A DNA stretch of 64,000 nt, taken from assembly GCA_009914755.4 (NCBI GenBank), contig CP068257.2, positions 36,640,001-36,704,000 of the forward strand. The letters are read 5' to 3'. The notes under the pieces were generated by a model. That model was not told the origin of the DNA, searched no databases, and saw only the letters and a list, made by a program, of their open reading frames with translations. The stretch comes from the human T2T-CHM13v2.0 reference genome, Homo sapiens. Position numbers and translations under genes: made by a program. Shown piece after piece: positions 40,457 through 53,417 of the stretch (positions are counted from its first letter, which is position 1; the number at the start of each line of letters is the position of its first letter).

Positions 40457-42665
40457 GTAGTAGACGGTTCTGAGGGCATCACACACTTGAGGGAGGGAGG
40501 AGGACAGAGAGGGCCATGGCACCCTTTGACTGCTGAGTGCCAGCTGCTCTCTTTCCCACTGAGAAATGCTGCCCCCAACACACCCAGAGGCTCTAGGTCT
40601 TGTCCTGTGATTTCTGTCCACCAAGACTTGATAGGAGGTATGATAGATGCCATTAACTCCAGCACTATATACACAGGACTGCAGCAAAAGCGCTCTCAGC
40701 AGAAAGAGGAAACAGATACAGTTCATCCCAAGCCTGGCTTGCTGCCCCTTTGAAAGAGAGTTTCAAACAGAAGCTTCATGGTGCTGCCTTCATAAAAACA
40801 GGGCCAAGCTTTCCAGAATCTGGCAGAGGGCTGAGTGCCCGCAGGACACTTGTGTATCACTCACACTGGAAAACTTAAGCCTCTGTTTTTATTTCAGTGG
40901 ATTGAATGGCATGCAGTTTCCTCAGCAGCTTAAAAAAAATGCATGCAGTCACTTGCAGACAGGCTGCATTTGTCTCTGCTGGTGCTCATGTTACAAGTTT
41001 GTCTGTGCATTTGGGCATGCCAGAATGGCGTTTCATTTCCAAACCTTTATTGTGGTCACTTTCCTCTTCGTTACACTGAGAAGTGTTGCTGAGGGTATAG
41101 TAAGGCCCTAGTTCATCAATTATATCCTGTACTTTTCTTCTAACTTGATCCCAAGAACAGTGGAATTTGCTTCAAGGTAAACAAATTTTGAATAATTTAT
41201 GGCCCTTCTTTTCAACAAAAATGAAAACGTGACTTTCTAAAGAAAAGTCAATTTCAAGGGGGCATTTAGTAAATAACACACTCTTAATAAAGTAACAGGA
41301 AAATTAAAATGCCCAGCAGACCCATTGCCTCCTGAACAGGTGTTTGCTGCTAATGGATACAGTTTCCATTTCCTTGAAGGGATTTGCCCAGAGGATTACT
41401 TTCACAACTTCTATTGAGATAATACTGCTCTAACAGAAAGAGCAATGCATGAATCTGTATATCAGTTCCTTAATAAAAGGGAAGATTTTTTTAGTTCCTA
41501 AAATACCAATGAGGTGAAGAAAAACATGCCACCCAGGTAAAGTTACTCTGTAATCACCCGCATTATCTTTTTCAAGGAATGTGGGGGAAATTTATGTCAG
41601 TCATCAGGCAGGTACTAGAAGATGCTAGGGGCCTCACAGACAGCTTGTTCCCGGCTGTTAACATGGAGCAGAGCGTTCCCTGGGGCTGAGCATGGGAGCC
41701 CAGCACTTCTTATAGGTAGGTCTTTCCTACTATAATATTAGATGCCTACACTTATTGACTTTTTCATTTGCTCTTTAAAATAGATTTCTTCTGCTGGTTC
41801 TGCTTAGTTCTAAGGAGTAAGGTAGAATTTTGGTGCCATACCTAAATATCACGTCTAAAATGACATTGGTAGCACTTTTCCAAGAATAACCAGCATATTG
41901 ATTAAGCCATTAATAAAGCCTAATTATTTGCTTTAAGAATGTTTTTGGTTGTTTCAAACTGAGTTTTTTCCAAAGTCATAACAAAACTAGGAGAGGCTGT
42001 AGGTTCTTAATTATTCATTAGATTAGGGGGAAAACGAATTGCTATTACAAAGAATATCATGCAAAAAATAGGTTTTAAAAAATGCATTACTACTGAGTTT
42101 TAAAAATGTATACTAACATTCTCCATATCAAGAACTGTTTCATGGATGGTAGATTTTAGTTATAGCAGTACTGGACTTACACTCAGTCAAATAATTTTAA
42201 ATTTTCTATAATTGGGAATACATGGTAGCTGAATATAAGCAAACATATTACTCTATGAAATAAATGCATAAGAGTTTGTTATCACAAAAAACAGCATAAC
42301 ATTATTTTTTTGAAACACAAGGCTCTGTTTTAACACTTTACCTTGTTTAATAGTAACAAAACCCCTGAGGAATAGGTTGTATTGCCATTTTAAACACTGG
42401 AGAGCAAAGGTCCAGAGAGGTTAAATAGCTTTCTGCAGGTCACACAGCTGATGAATTGCAGAGTCAGCATTTAACCCCGGTCTGCTTTTCTGGAAAGCCT
42501 CTGCTCCTCACTCTACCCTACCGACCACCTAAGTATAGATCAGTTAATCTTGCCTTCAGAATTCTCCTTTCTTGTGTACTTCCATGTACATTCATACTTA
42601 CTTCACATGATGATTCTATTTTCTGGAAGTTCCACCACATATGGCGATAATGAAACATCTTTGTC

Positions 42666-42686
42666 ATTTCTCTAAGTGTTTCCAGA
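42666..42686 (+). promoter_or_regulatory. Candidate 3' splice acceptor (polypyrimidine tract + CAG) for the KCNJ15 coding exon; predicted exon start ~42687
   Basis: catttctctaagtgtttccag|AGCCTGGCAATGGAT places a pyrimidine-rich tract and CAG 9 nt upstream of the initiator ATG. The in-frame upstream ATGs at 42641/42650 would then be intronic. This fits the known multi-exon 5'UTR of this gene with all coding sequence in the last exon. Confidence 0.4.
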
Positions 42687-42694
42687 GCCTGGCA

Positions 42695-43822
42695 ATGGAT
42701 GCCATTCACATCGGCATGTCCAGCACCCCCCTGGTGAAGCACACTGCTGGGGCTGGGCTCAAGGCCAACAGACCCCGCGTCATGTCCAAGAGTGGGCACA
42801 GCAACGTGAGAATTGACAAAGTGGATGGCATATACCTACTCTACCTGCAAGACCTGTGGACCACAGTTATCGACATGAAGTGGAGATACAAACTCACCCT
42901 GTTCGCTGCCACTTTTGTGATGACCTGGTTCCTTTTTGGAGTCATCTACTATGCCATCGCGTTTATTCATGGGGACTTAGAACCCGGTGAGCCCATTTCA
43001 AATCATACCCCCTGCATCATGAAAGTGGACTCTCTCACTGGGGCGTTTCTCTTTTCCCTGGAATCCCAGACAACCATTGGCTATGGAGTCCGTTCCATCA
43101 CAGAGGAATGTCCTCATGCCATCTTCCTGTTGGTTGCTCAGTTGGTCATCACGACCTTGATTGAGATCTTCATCACCGGAACCTTCCTGGCCAAAATCGC
43201 CAGACCCAAAAAGCGGGCTGAGACCATCAAGTTCAGCCACTGTGCAGTCATCACCAAGCAGAATGGGAAGCTGTGCTTGGTGATTCAGGTAGCCAATATG
43301 AGGAAGAGCCTCTTGATTCAGTGCCAGCTCTCTGGCAAGCTCCTGCAGACCCACGTCACCAAGGAGGGGGAGCGGATTCTCCTCAACCAAGCCACTGTCA
43401 AATTCCACGTGGACTCCTCCTCTGAGAGCCCCTTCCTCATTCTGCCCATGACATTCTACCATGTGCTGGATGAGACGAGCCCCCTGAGAGACCTCACACC
43501 CCAAAACCTAAAGGAGAAGGAGTTTGAGCTTGTGGTCCTCCTCAATGCCACTGTGGAATCCACCAGCGCTGTCTGCCAGAGCCGAACATCTTATATCCCA
43601 GAGGAAATCTACTGGGGTTTTGAGTTTGTGCCTGTGGTATCTCTCTCCAAAAATGGAAAATATGTGGCTGATTTCAGTCAGTTTGAACAGATTCGGAAAA
43701 GCCCAGATTGCACATTTTACTGTGCAGATTCTGAGAAACAGCAACTCGAGGAGAAGTACAGGCAGGAGGATCAGAGGGAAAGAGAACTGAGGACACTTTT
43801 ATTACAACAGAGCAATGTCTGA
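42695..43822 (+). CDS. KCNJ15: Inward-rectifier potassium channel Kir4.2 (ATP-sensitive inward rectifier K+ channel 15). Complete 375-aa CDS in a single exon, stop TGA at 43820-43822.
   Basis: Longest ORF in the window (42641..43822, frame +). The translation shows an M1 helix ([24 protein letters not shown]), a pore helix plus the TIGYG selectivity filter ([14 protein letters not shown]), an M2 helix and the G-loop/cytoplasmic Kir domain. The C-terminus ends in QQSNV (PDZ ligand), as in Kir4.x. The product [19 protein letters not shown]...LLLQQSNV is the length and sequence I recognise as human Kir4.2. The start ATG at 42695 has a good Kozak context (G at -3, G at +4). Confidence 0.93.
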   Translation: MDAIHIGMSSTPLVKHTAGAGLKANRPRVMSKSGHSNVRIDKVDGIYLLYLQDLWTTVIDMKWRYKLTLFAATFVMTWFLFGVIYYAIAFIHGDLEPGEPISNHTPCIMKVDSLTGAFLFSLESQTTIGYGVRSITEECPHAIFLLVAQLVITTLIEIFITGTFLAKIARPKKRAETIKFSHCAVITKQNGKLCLVIQVANMRKSLLIQCQLSGKLLQTHVTKEGERILLNQATVKFHVDSSSESPFLILPMTFYHVLDETSPLRDLTPQNLKEKEFELVVLLNATVESTSAVCQSRTSYIPEEIYWGFEFVPVVSLSKNGKYVADFSQFEQIRKSPDCTFYCADSEKQQLEEKYRQEDQRERELRTLLLQQSNV

Positions 43823-44057
43823 TCACAGGGGCGCCATCCAGGTTTAACCCTGCAAGCTGTTTCCACATCAGAACTCCCTTCAAACACAAAGATTGCTGTG
43901 AAAACGAAAATGTGTAGACGCACTCTCAAAAACTGCACGGACATACAAAATCAATCTTTTCCTTTGATCTTGTGGCTAAACCAGCATTTCTGTGTTTGAG
44001 AGATTTCCTGTTAGGTGCTTCGTCTGAAAGTGAACTCTCATAATTCAAATTGTATAA

Positions 44058-44063
44058 AATAAA
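44058..44063 (+). promoter_or_regulatory. Candidate proximal poly(A) signal AATAAA (~235 nt after stop)
   Basis: tgtataaAATAAAgctacatttctaag. Usage cannot be determined from sequence alone. Confidence 0.2.
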
Positions 44064-45144
44064 GCTACATTTCTAAGAGCTTGGTGTAGGGCAATTGGAA
44101 TAATGTCCTGTTAGATAAACAGACATTTAGCAATGCTGACATTAAAAGGAAATGTATTTCTATACAAGATTATTAGCTGTAATACAAGATATTTATTTAA
44201 CCAATGACCTTATGGCTGAGAGTTGAATTGTGGTTCAGTATTCATTGATCTCACTGCTTTAAAACATGCTCTTTTTGTTCAAGCAGGAAAAATATTATAT
44301 CTAATTATGTCTATGTGGTAATACCTAAAAAGAGGTAGAGAGACTCTATGTTCACAAAATATAGTAATTTCATTTTTACCTTTCTTCAGTGGACTGAATT
44401 GTATGGAAGGAAATTGATCAGATCTGTAATTCACAACTGTGGAAACCTACACAAATGGGGCTGATGCCATTGTTTCCTCTATTTTATTTTATTTATTTTT
44501 GAATCCACTATCTCTTTCCATTCAAAATATTTCCATTCAAAATGTGGTTCACAGACCCGCCACATCAGCACCATCCGAGAGCTTATTAGTAATGTGTAGA
44601 TTCTCATGTCCCAGCCAGACTTACAGAATTGGGGTCTGTATCTTAACAAGAACCCCAGATGATTTGTGTACAAATGAAAGTTCGAAAGCTGTGCTCTGGA
44701 CAGTGTTCTCAAAGCAACTTTCTGAAGCCGTGTGGAAAACTGACTCTGTGTGGGTCCCGTATCCCTGTGGCATCCAGACCTGGCCTCTCTTCATTTCATT
44801 ATTATTGGCCAATATTTCTTTCAGCCATTTCATTTCTTATCTATTAAAATGGCTTGCCCATAAAGGAACTGCATAGGATTATCCCCTGACATTCCAAGAG
44901 CAAAATAAAGCTCTTGAGAGTAATTGTTGTCTCAGTCATGCTTGCTGATTACAGTTAGCACAAAAGAAAAATTCAGCTGCCTGACAATACAGGAAATGTT
45001 CTCAGATGCTGATGTTTGTAAGGTCCGGTGGGGCCATGAGGAAGAAGAGGAGCTGAAGGTAAGAAACTCATAAACAAGATGACTCTTTGATGCATGAACA
45101 AGATTTGAAAATCTCAAGCCTGTAAAGAATACCCCTGCTATTTA

Positions 45145-45150
45145 AATAAA
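45145..45150 (+). promoter_or_regulatory. Candidate poly(A) signal AATAAA (distal, ~1.3 kb after stop)
   Basis: tttaAATAAAgctcatacc followed by a GT/T-rich downstream region (gccccgggccaaattcaggggtc...). My recollection of a ~1.3-1.5 kb 3'UTR for this gene favours a distal site, but that is unverified. Confidence 0.3.
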
Positions 45151-45378
45151 GCTCATACCAAGAGGTAACATTTTGCCCCGGGCCAAATTCAGGGGTCTAG
45201 TGCCCTGCATTCCTTTGAGGCAAAAAATAAATGGGCTATGACTGGTTAAATGTCCAAAAGGTGAATTCTCATTTCATTCAAACAAAGACAGATTTGCGCA
45301 TTCACTCAAGCAGAATGTGGCCATGAATATTCAGCCCCTGCATACATACAAAGATGTACGCATGATTCCCCCCACCAA

Positions 45379-45522
45379 GCACACACACAGTCACACACGC
45401 ACACACACACACATGCACACACGCGCGTGCACACACGCACACATGCACACACACATACGCACACGTAAACACATGCACACATGCACACACGCGCACACAT
45501 GCACACACGCACACACTTGCAC
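45379..45522. repeat. Complex alternating purine-pyrimidine (CA)n/(CG)n/(CATG) tract, ~145 bp, probably inside the KCNJ15 3' flank/3'UTR
   Basis: gcacacacacagtcacacacgcacacacacacacatgcacacacgcgcgtgcacacacgcacacatgcacacacacatacgcacacgtaaacacatgcacacatgcacacacgcgcacacatgcacacacgcacacacttgcaca. Confidence 0.95.
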
Positions 45523-47494
45523 AGGCCCTGGCTCTTCAAGCATAATCATGGTAGTCATCAGTGAAAGACATTTGAGGTTAAGACAGCAAGTCCTTGACAA
45601 ATATATTCATGTCTATTTGGTTCTAGTTCTATAAAAATATGAACATTGGGACTCAGAGAAAATGGGGAAAATAAAGTGGATTCAGGTTATCAGTGAAATG
45701 ATGGTATAGATTACAGCAAATCTGGATATATATTGATGTTACTGCATTTGCAAATGTCCTCCCATTAAACAGAAAATGTGGCTAAAATCCCTGGCCTGGA
45801 ACTGAACTAGTTTAAGGCAGGTGTAAGAATAGTGGGAGGAAAGTTTGTGAAAGTTTAAAGAATGCCCTCAATCCATGAACGAGAGGGAGGATGTTGTCTT
45901 TAATTATTTAGAAGGTTTTTTTTTCCTTGTCTGTTGATAATTTTATGGAAGGTTGCTTTAGATCTCCATTCCTTAAAAAATATTACATGTCAGTGTAGTT
46001 AGATATTATCTCTTTTAGTTATTATACTTGCTATTTTTACTGTATAGTGTGGTATAATCAACAAAAAATAATGCCACGGTCATGTTTACACCTTTTCTGT
46101 TGCACTATTAAATTCTTTTCACAGTATTCATATCAATGCTAATTTGAATGTGATGCCAATTAAAAATCTTGTTCATTTATATTGTATATGGTACAAGGAC
46201 GTAGCATAAGATCCAAAAAAAATTTTGTATTGTCATTTAGCATATCAATTTCAGCCAAATTTGGAAGACTTGATCATCTTATCTTTTGCTCTACACACTC
46301 AAAACAAATATTGCAGCAGAAATATCACCTTAAAAATATCTTATTTTATATTTAGATAATATTGAAATCACAGTCTATTAAAATTGGAAATTTAATTCAA
46401 ATAAAAATCAAACAAAATAGTTGTTTCAATTTATCTAAATATCTGGTCTTAAGAGTGCCTTAAGAGTGTCTCGTTTTTAAGAGTGTCTTAAAAACCAATA
46501 TATGTATAAGTCAACAAATCATATAATATTCAATAAATAGCTCTGAAGTTGTATCTGATTTGAAACTTACCATTTTCCTGGAACCTTAACTATTATTACT
46601 TTGTACGTAATACTTTCATGTTACTATGCTAACAAAGGATTTAGGTAGCCAACTTAATTTATTATATCTGGTCGGTCTTCTGCTTGAAACAGATTCACAC
46701 TCAACACCCAACTAAGGAGGAGCCAAAGTAGTGGAGTATTCCTGACCCAAAAAGGCTTTTGAATTTTGAAACATTTCTAATGTGTTAGGTTTTCTCAATG
46801 AGACCATTAAAAAACGTTGTGTTCCATTTGAGAAACCAGAGTCAACAGCAGTAAATCAGTGTGCCCCACAAGCCACGTCTTATTCAGCAATAAAATAGTG
46901 CTCACATGGTGCCTGGCAGACAGTGGCTCTGGACAGCAAAGCACTGAGTCACCCAACCCCACTCCTTTGGGATGGGGTTGGGAGTCATGCATTGGCTCCC
47001 TTTTTCATCCTGGGGAAATTACAACACAACGCAGAGTGTCCAGAAATCTAAAGAGCTGGTTTAAGGTGAAAAAAATGCCATGAATGAATGAACCAGATGT
47101 TTAATAAATCAAAACAACTATTTTGTTGGATTTTTATTTGAATTAAATTTCCCAATTTTTAATAGACTGTGATTTCAATATTATCGAAATGTAAACAAAG
47201 ATATATTTTTAAGGTGGCATTTCTACTCCAGCATGAAAAAAATAGTGGCATTTGCACTCTAGCATTATTCTGTCTCCCTTATTTGAGTCTTCAATATATA
47301 TGCCCAGCTGGAGGGAGAAGAAGAGAAAAATGAAAGCACTAGGCCTTTGACTAGGTTTGGTTCTATATGCTGTCATGATGTTCAAAATGTCAGACATTTG
47401 ACCACATGGCACAGTGAATACTCTCACGCTCTCAATTTTGGCTTTCATTCTTGCTAGACTTTTCTTCTATTAAATTTCTGAAATAACTAGTTTT

Positions 47495-47838
47495 TTTTTT
47501 TTGAACTTGAAAATCAGCTTTTTATTTTTTTTAATTTTATTATTATTATACTTTAAGTTTTAGGGTACATGTGCACAACGTGCAGGTTTGTTACATATGT
47601 ATACATGTGCCATGTTGGTGTGCTGCACCCATTAACTCGTCATTTAGCATTAGGTATATCTCCTAATGCTATCCCTCCCCCCTCCCCCCACCCCACAACA
47701 GTCCCCGGTGTGTGATGTTCCCCTTCCTGTGTCCATGTGTTCTCATTGTTCAATTTCCACCTATGAGTGAGAACATGCGGTGTTTGGTTTTCTGTCCTTG
47801 AGATAGTTTGCTGAGAATGATGGTTTCCAGTTTCATCC
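47495..47838 (-). mobile_element. Young L1PA (L1PA2-4-like) 3'UTR fragment, 5'-truncated (~320 bp of L1 body), with 13-bp TSD AATAACTAGTTTT (47482-47494 and 47839-47851)
   Basis: ttattattatactttaagttttagggtacatgtgcacaacgtgcaggtttgttacatatgtatacatgtgccatgttggtgtgctgcacccattaactcgtcatttagcattaggtatatctcctaatgctatccctcccccctccccccacccc... is the near-consensus reverse complement of the human L1 3' end. A 16-nt non-L1 segment, gaacttgaaaatcagc, sits between two T-runs inside the tail. Confidence 0.9.
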
Positions 47839-47969
47839 AATAACTAGTTTTATCATAGCTTTCCATGATGTAATTTTTTAAGCGAAAGGTACTAACATTT
47901 CCAGTCTTGATTTCCAAGTTTTGTGGTGTGCACTCGAAATCTAGTCTCTGATTGTTAAACTCTGGGTAG

Positions 47970-48582
<613 letters not shown>

Positions 48583-51037
48583 TCACTTAACCCTATGGCC
48601 CTCCTTATCTTGCACCCAATTTCTTTTCAACATCATACATGCTTGGTTGACTGTTTCTTCATATTTGCTGTTCATTCTATAAAGTCAAATAGATTGGTGG
48701 GTTAAAAAATAATCAATTCAAATTCAAATTAGGAATTTATGGACATTCAGATATCCACATATTTGAGGGCAGGAATTTTTACTTTTCAATTGGTATGTTG
48801 GCAGTGTGTAAAAATAGAAGACCAAGAGAAGGCGGTTGATTGGAGTTGATACTTAATAGCTAATAAAAATTACAAGAAAGGATGGTGGAAGTCAAAGGAC
48901 AGAACTGATACACGAGTATAAAAGCCAACGATGTCATATATGTAGGCAAAGTCTTTGTAATCTGAATATAATGCCAGAGAGCTAGGGCTGCCAGGCACTC
49001 TGTATGTGCAGAATATGTCCTATATGGAGTAATTTTTTATTTGTGTAGACTTTTTTAGGATACGTTAAATGTCTTACATGCAACCTTTTTTTCCCCATAT
49101 ATTACAAAATTGCCTTGGAAATTAGACAAATCTTCAAACTTAACTGAAACTCCTGTCCTGAATAGTTATTTGCCAAATCTGACAAATTTACAAAGAGTGT
49201 TCACATAATCCCAAACTATGCCCATTTCTACAAGAGAAATACATGCCTCTTTATTTGGAGTTTATGATATTCATACAACTAGTAGTAGAGTCAGGGAGTA
49301 TTCCAGAAACATATTTCCCTGGCTTGCCCAATTATCAAGGGAAAATTTCAGCTGAACACGGGGAACCCAGTCTTTGACACTCCTGTGTGCAGTGTGGAGC
49401 AGCGTGCACTGTCTGAGTCTCCATAGTGAGGAATGGTCTTCCCTGGGGCATCACCCTAGAAGGATGGGCTCAAAGTCGCCCTCCACGTGGGTGCACAGGA
49501 GCCCAGATTCTCAAGCCCCAGTTGCAGAATTAGGCTGATGGTTTTACAAAAGAGTCCTCCTAAAAGTCCATCACTAAGTTTTGTTTGGTTAGCAACCCTT
49601 GCCACATGATGTAGTACTTAGCTATAATTTTATTTTTATTCAAGGCCAAATCTTATCTGGTGTCCATGCCTTCCCACCTACTTAAAATTTCAAATTTCAC
49701 CCTCAAAAATATTTCAGTAAATAAAAGTTAGATCTACTCAAAATTAGACTCCAAGGGAATTACTATAGTTGATTATAGAGTATCTATTTCCTTAAAAAAA
49801 AAAAAAACCATAAGTTGTTGACTCTGAGCTAGGAAATGCGTGATCTCTCAGCTGACTTACTTTATGCAAATTTACTTAATATTATAGAAGAGTAAAGAGC
49901 TTCCAAGAAGGTGATTGGAGGGAAGTTCAAAGGGAAGATTTTTTTCATTCACTGTAGTTTTAGCTGTATTCTTTCATCTGCAATCAAATCTCAGGATTAA
50001 GGATGTCGTATTACATCAAATCATTACAGGAAGTATGACTGTATCAGCGGCTTTTTACAAAAACAAACCTCCAGATCACAAAAGGAAGCTGTGTTTGTGT
50101 ACTGACACGAAGTGTTATGTAGCAGCCAGGAGAGGAAGGATAGCAGCCGACTTGGATCCATTTTTGAGGAATTATTTCTGTAAGGTGTCATGGAATTGTA
50201 AGTTACAAAAATAAGGCTTTTGTAAACAGAATCTCCATTCCAGAAGGACGGACTCCAAAATGCTACTTAATGAAATTCATGGGAATGTTATGGTGATGGA
50301 AATCCCAAATGACATGTAGATTTTATATGCAAACAATCCCACTGCTTGTAACTCCTGGCAGTGTGTACTTACCAAAATCTTGATCACACTTAGGTCTCTT
50401 GCTATATATAGAACCACATCTGATCCTTATACAGTGTTGCAAGATATATGTCCTTGCTTTCCCATGGTTCTTAAGTGAGTCTTAAGCTTGGATTTGCTCC
50501 AGCAGAATGGTGGTTTGTGTTTCTCAAGGCTGAGCTACTATTTGGTGCATGTCGGAAATCTCACACTAACTGTGGATACTCTGTCATCACTGAACCCAAT
50601 CATACAATGACCAGACAGCTTTAAATACCTACTTTTGTATGCTATGAATTCATCCGTTTACTTGTCAAATCCTTTATTTCCATATGTGTCTCCATCACCT
50701 TTTTTTTCTCTCCGGATAAATGGAATTACTGTAACTTGTGAAACAATGGCAAACACTATAAAGCTAATTTTACAGTCTTGAGTTTCTTTTTGTTTCACTG
50801 GAATGGTAATGGTGTTACAGTGGTGCTCTGACAGACAAAAAATCTAATATGTCCTTAGAAAGTTCAGAGGGGAACTTATTTGAAATAACCTTTTCCAGTG
50901 ATGGCAATCACAATAATGTGGGAATGACTAGGTCCTAAAAACTTATCAAGGTGTTACTGTATATCAGTACGTAAAGAAATGTATTTTGCTTCTTTCCAAT
51001 CACTGAATAGAAAATGAAATCCCTGCCTCATCGCTCC

Positions 51038-51325
51038 TTTTTTTTTTTTTTTTTAAGACAGAGTCTCACTCCATCCCTCAGGCTGGAGAGCAGTGGCTCA
51101 CTGCAATCTCCACCTCCAGGATTCAAATGATTCTCCTGCCTCAGCCTCCCAAGTAGCTGGGATTACAGGTGTGTGCCACCACGCCCAGCTAATTTTTTTA
51201 TTTTTAGTAGAGATAGGGTTTCACCATGTTGGCCAAGTGGGTCTCAAACTCCTGACCTCAAGTGATCTGCCCGCCTTAGCCTCCTGAGTAGCTGTGATTA
51301 CAGGCATGAGCCACGGCGCCCAGCC
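51038..51325 (-). mobile_element. Full-length Alu (antisense); TSD approx CCTCATC(G/T)CTC
   Basis: tttttttttttttttttaagacagagtctcactccatccctcaggctggagagcagtggctcactgcaatctccacc...gtgattacaggcatgagccacggcgcccagcc. Confidence 0.95.
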
Positions 51326-52440
51326 TCATCTCTCTTTTTCTGCCTGATGCTCTCCTGCTCCAGAATGCTTATTTCATTTTAGTCAATGATTAAAAATCAA
51401 GCAACCGTTTAATAACAAACATCCTTTCAGCACTGCAACCCTTACCAAAGTGCCTTTTGTGCTATTGCTCCTTTACTTGGATGGATTAAAAGAAAGAAAA
51501 CACTTAACTACATAAGTCCTACAGGCATTAGTATGGGTGTCACCCTAAAGCCGCACACCTAATTAAAACCCACGTAGCCAAGGAGTGCATCCAAATGGCA
51601 GTAGTTATCCTCCAAGCAGTTTCCTGGGAAAACTACACACACATGCAACAAGATAGTTGCCACAGCTCTGAACATTCCAGAGTGTCTCTCTTAGAGCCCT
51701 CTCCTTTGGAGCCTTGGCTCATTCTTTGTAACATTCTCAGGGGTGGCCAAGCTTTGTTCTTGGAGGGAGCATGTGACAGCTGGAAATAAACAAGGCTGAT
51801 GCAGATAGTAGGAAGTCATCTTTGAGGATACTGTTTGAACAAAAAGGCAAAATGTTTTCTAGAAAGTGCACAGTCATCTGAAACACAGTCATGAAGCTAG
51901 CCGGTGGGACACATTTTATTAATTTTAATTTGCATGGAAGTTTTCAGACACATGTTATTTTCTACCCCGTTATCTCAAACGTCAATTGTCCTTCCAGGAT
52001 GACCTTGGCTGAGAACTGAGCTAACCACATCCAAGCCATAAGGCAGCATTGCTTTCACCACACCATGTCCTTGGAGCAGAGAATAAGGGAATTTGTCATA
52101 GCAACATGGGAAGCTTTGGTTCTGGGCTGGATACGCAACATCCCGGCAGGCATAATTTCCCTTCTCAGAAATCCTGTCTTCATAAATGTTAGACAAACAA
52201 CTTTTATGGTTTAATTTTTCATGCAAAAGTCCATATTCTTCCCAGAAACTCTTACATTGTTCAAGTGATTATGTTCTAAATTAGTCTATTCCTTTACTGG
52301 AATTTAACACTTGCATAATAATCTTAGCTGATAAGGTATTTGAGTGATCTAAATGTGTTTTCACCCGTCCTAAGGGCTGCTTTCTGCATCTTTCTTAGTT
52401 TGCCTCTATTGAGTCTGCCAGAAACTCTTACTCTTTTTAA

Positions 52441-52761
<321 letters not shown>

Positions 52762-53417
52762 CACACATATTTTTAATTAACAAATAATAACTATATATAG
52801 TTAGGGATTACAATGTGATATTTTAATACACATTTTAGAATAATTATATCAAGCTAATTATATATCCATCTCCTCACGTATTTTCTTTTTTGTAGTGAGA
52901 GCATTTAAAACCCACTCTATTAGCAGTTGTACTTTCTCTTGACAGTGTACCTCTCTGTAAACTCTGTTTAACGTGCCCACTCAGCATGTGATTTAAAGAT
53001 CTGCAATGAATAAGTCCACTATGACCAACAGACTCACAGCCTCACAGCAGCCCAGAACAGTGTGCTTCTCCTTACCCCTACCCCCACAGTAAGTCTGGCT
53101 GACCTGCTACATGTTCAAATATGTTGTGGCATGTTCTATTGCCCGCGTGCCTCTTCTGCTCATACAAGCCCCACACCCCCCAAACACACAAGTCTCATGA
53201 CATCTGGTCACATCTTAGATATCCAGAGAGCAAGAAATATTCATATTTGTAGGGCTCTGAATGCTAAAAACAACTTCAAATATTCAATAGTCCATGTTAT
53301 ACCCCATGAAAGGGTAGAGGAAGGACATATGCAGTTATCTACACTTTGCAGAAGACCCTGTAGCCCACTGACATCACTTCCAGAGTGGCCCAGTGAGCCA
53401 TTGGTGGCAATCTGGGT

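Larger units (their letters stand above)
43823..45150 (+). other. Probable 3'UTR of the Kir4.2 transcript (extent uncertain)
   Basis: Non-repetitive, moderately AT-rich sequence follows the stop codon. AATAAA hexamers lie at 44058, 44904 and 45145. The last two share the context AATAAAGCTC, each followed by T-rich stretches. Which site is used cannot be determined from sequence alone. Confidence 0.35.

Noticed and set aside
40647-41111. 154-aa plus-strand ORF (MPLTPALYTQDCSKS...) between the candidate 5'UTR exon and the coding exon
   Set aside because: It has no family resemblance and a Cys/Leu-rich low-information composition. It lies in an intron-like region, and its length is within the chance expectation for 64 kb x 6 frames.
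42998-43504. 168-aa ORF on the minus strand inside the Kir4.2 coding exon
   Set aside because: This is a shadow ORF antisense to a GC-balanced coding exon, with no recognisable domain. The sense frame has the unmistakable channel sequence.
46441-46500. Short tandem repeat ttaagagtg(c/t)ct x3
   Set aside because: Only ~3 degenerate copies. Too short to call a minisatellite with confidence and of no evident function.
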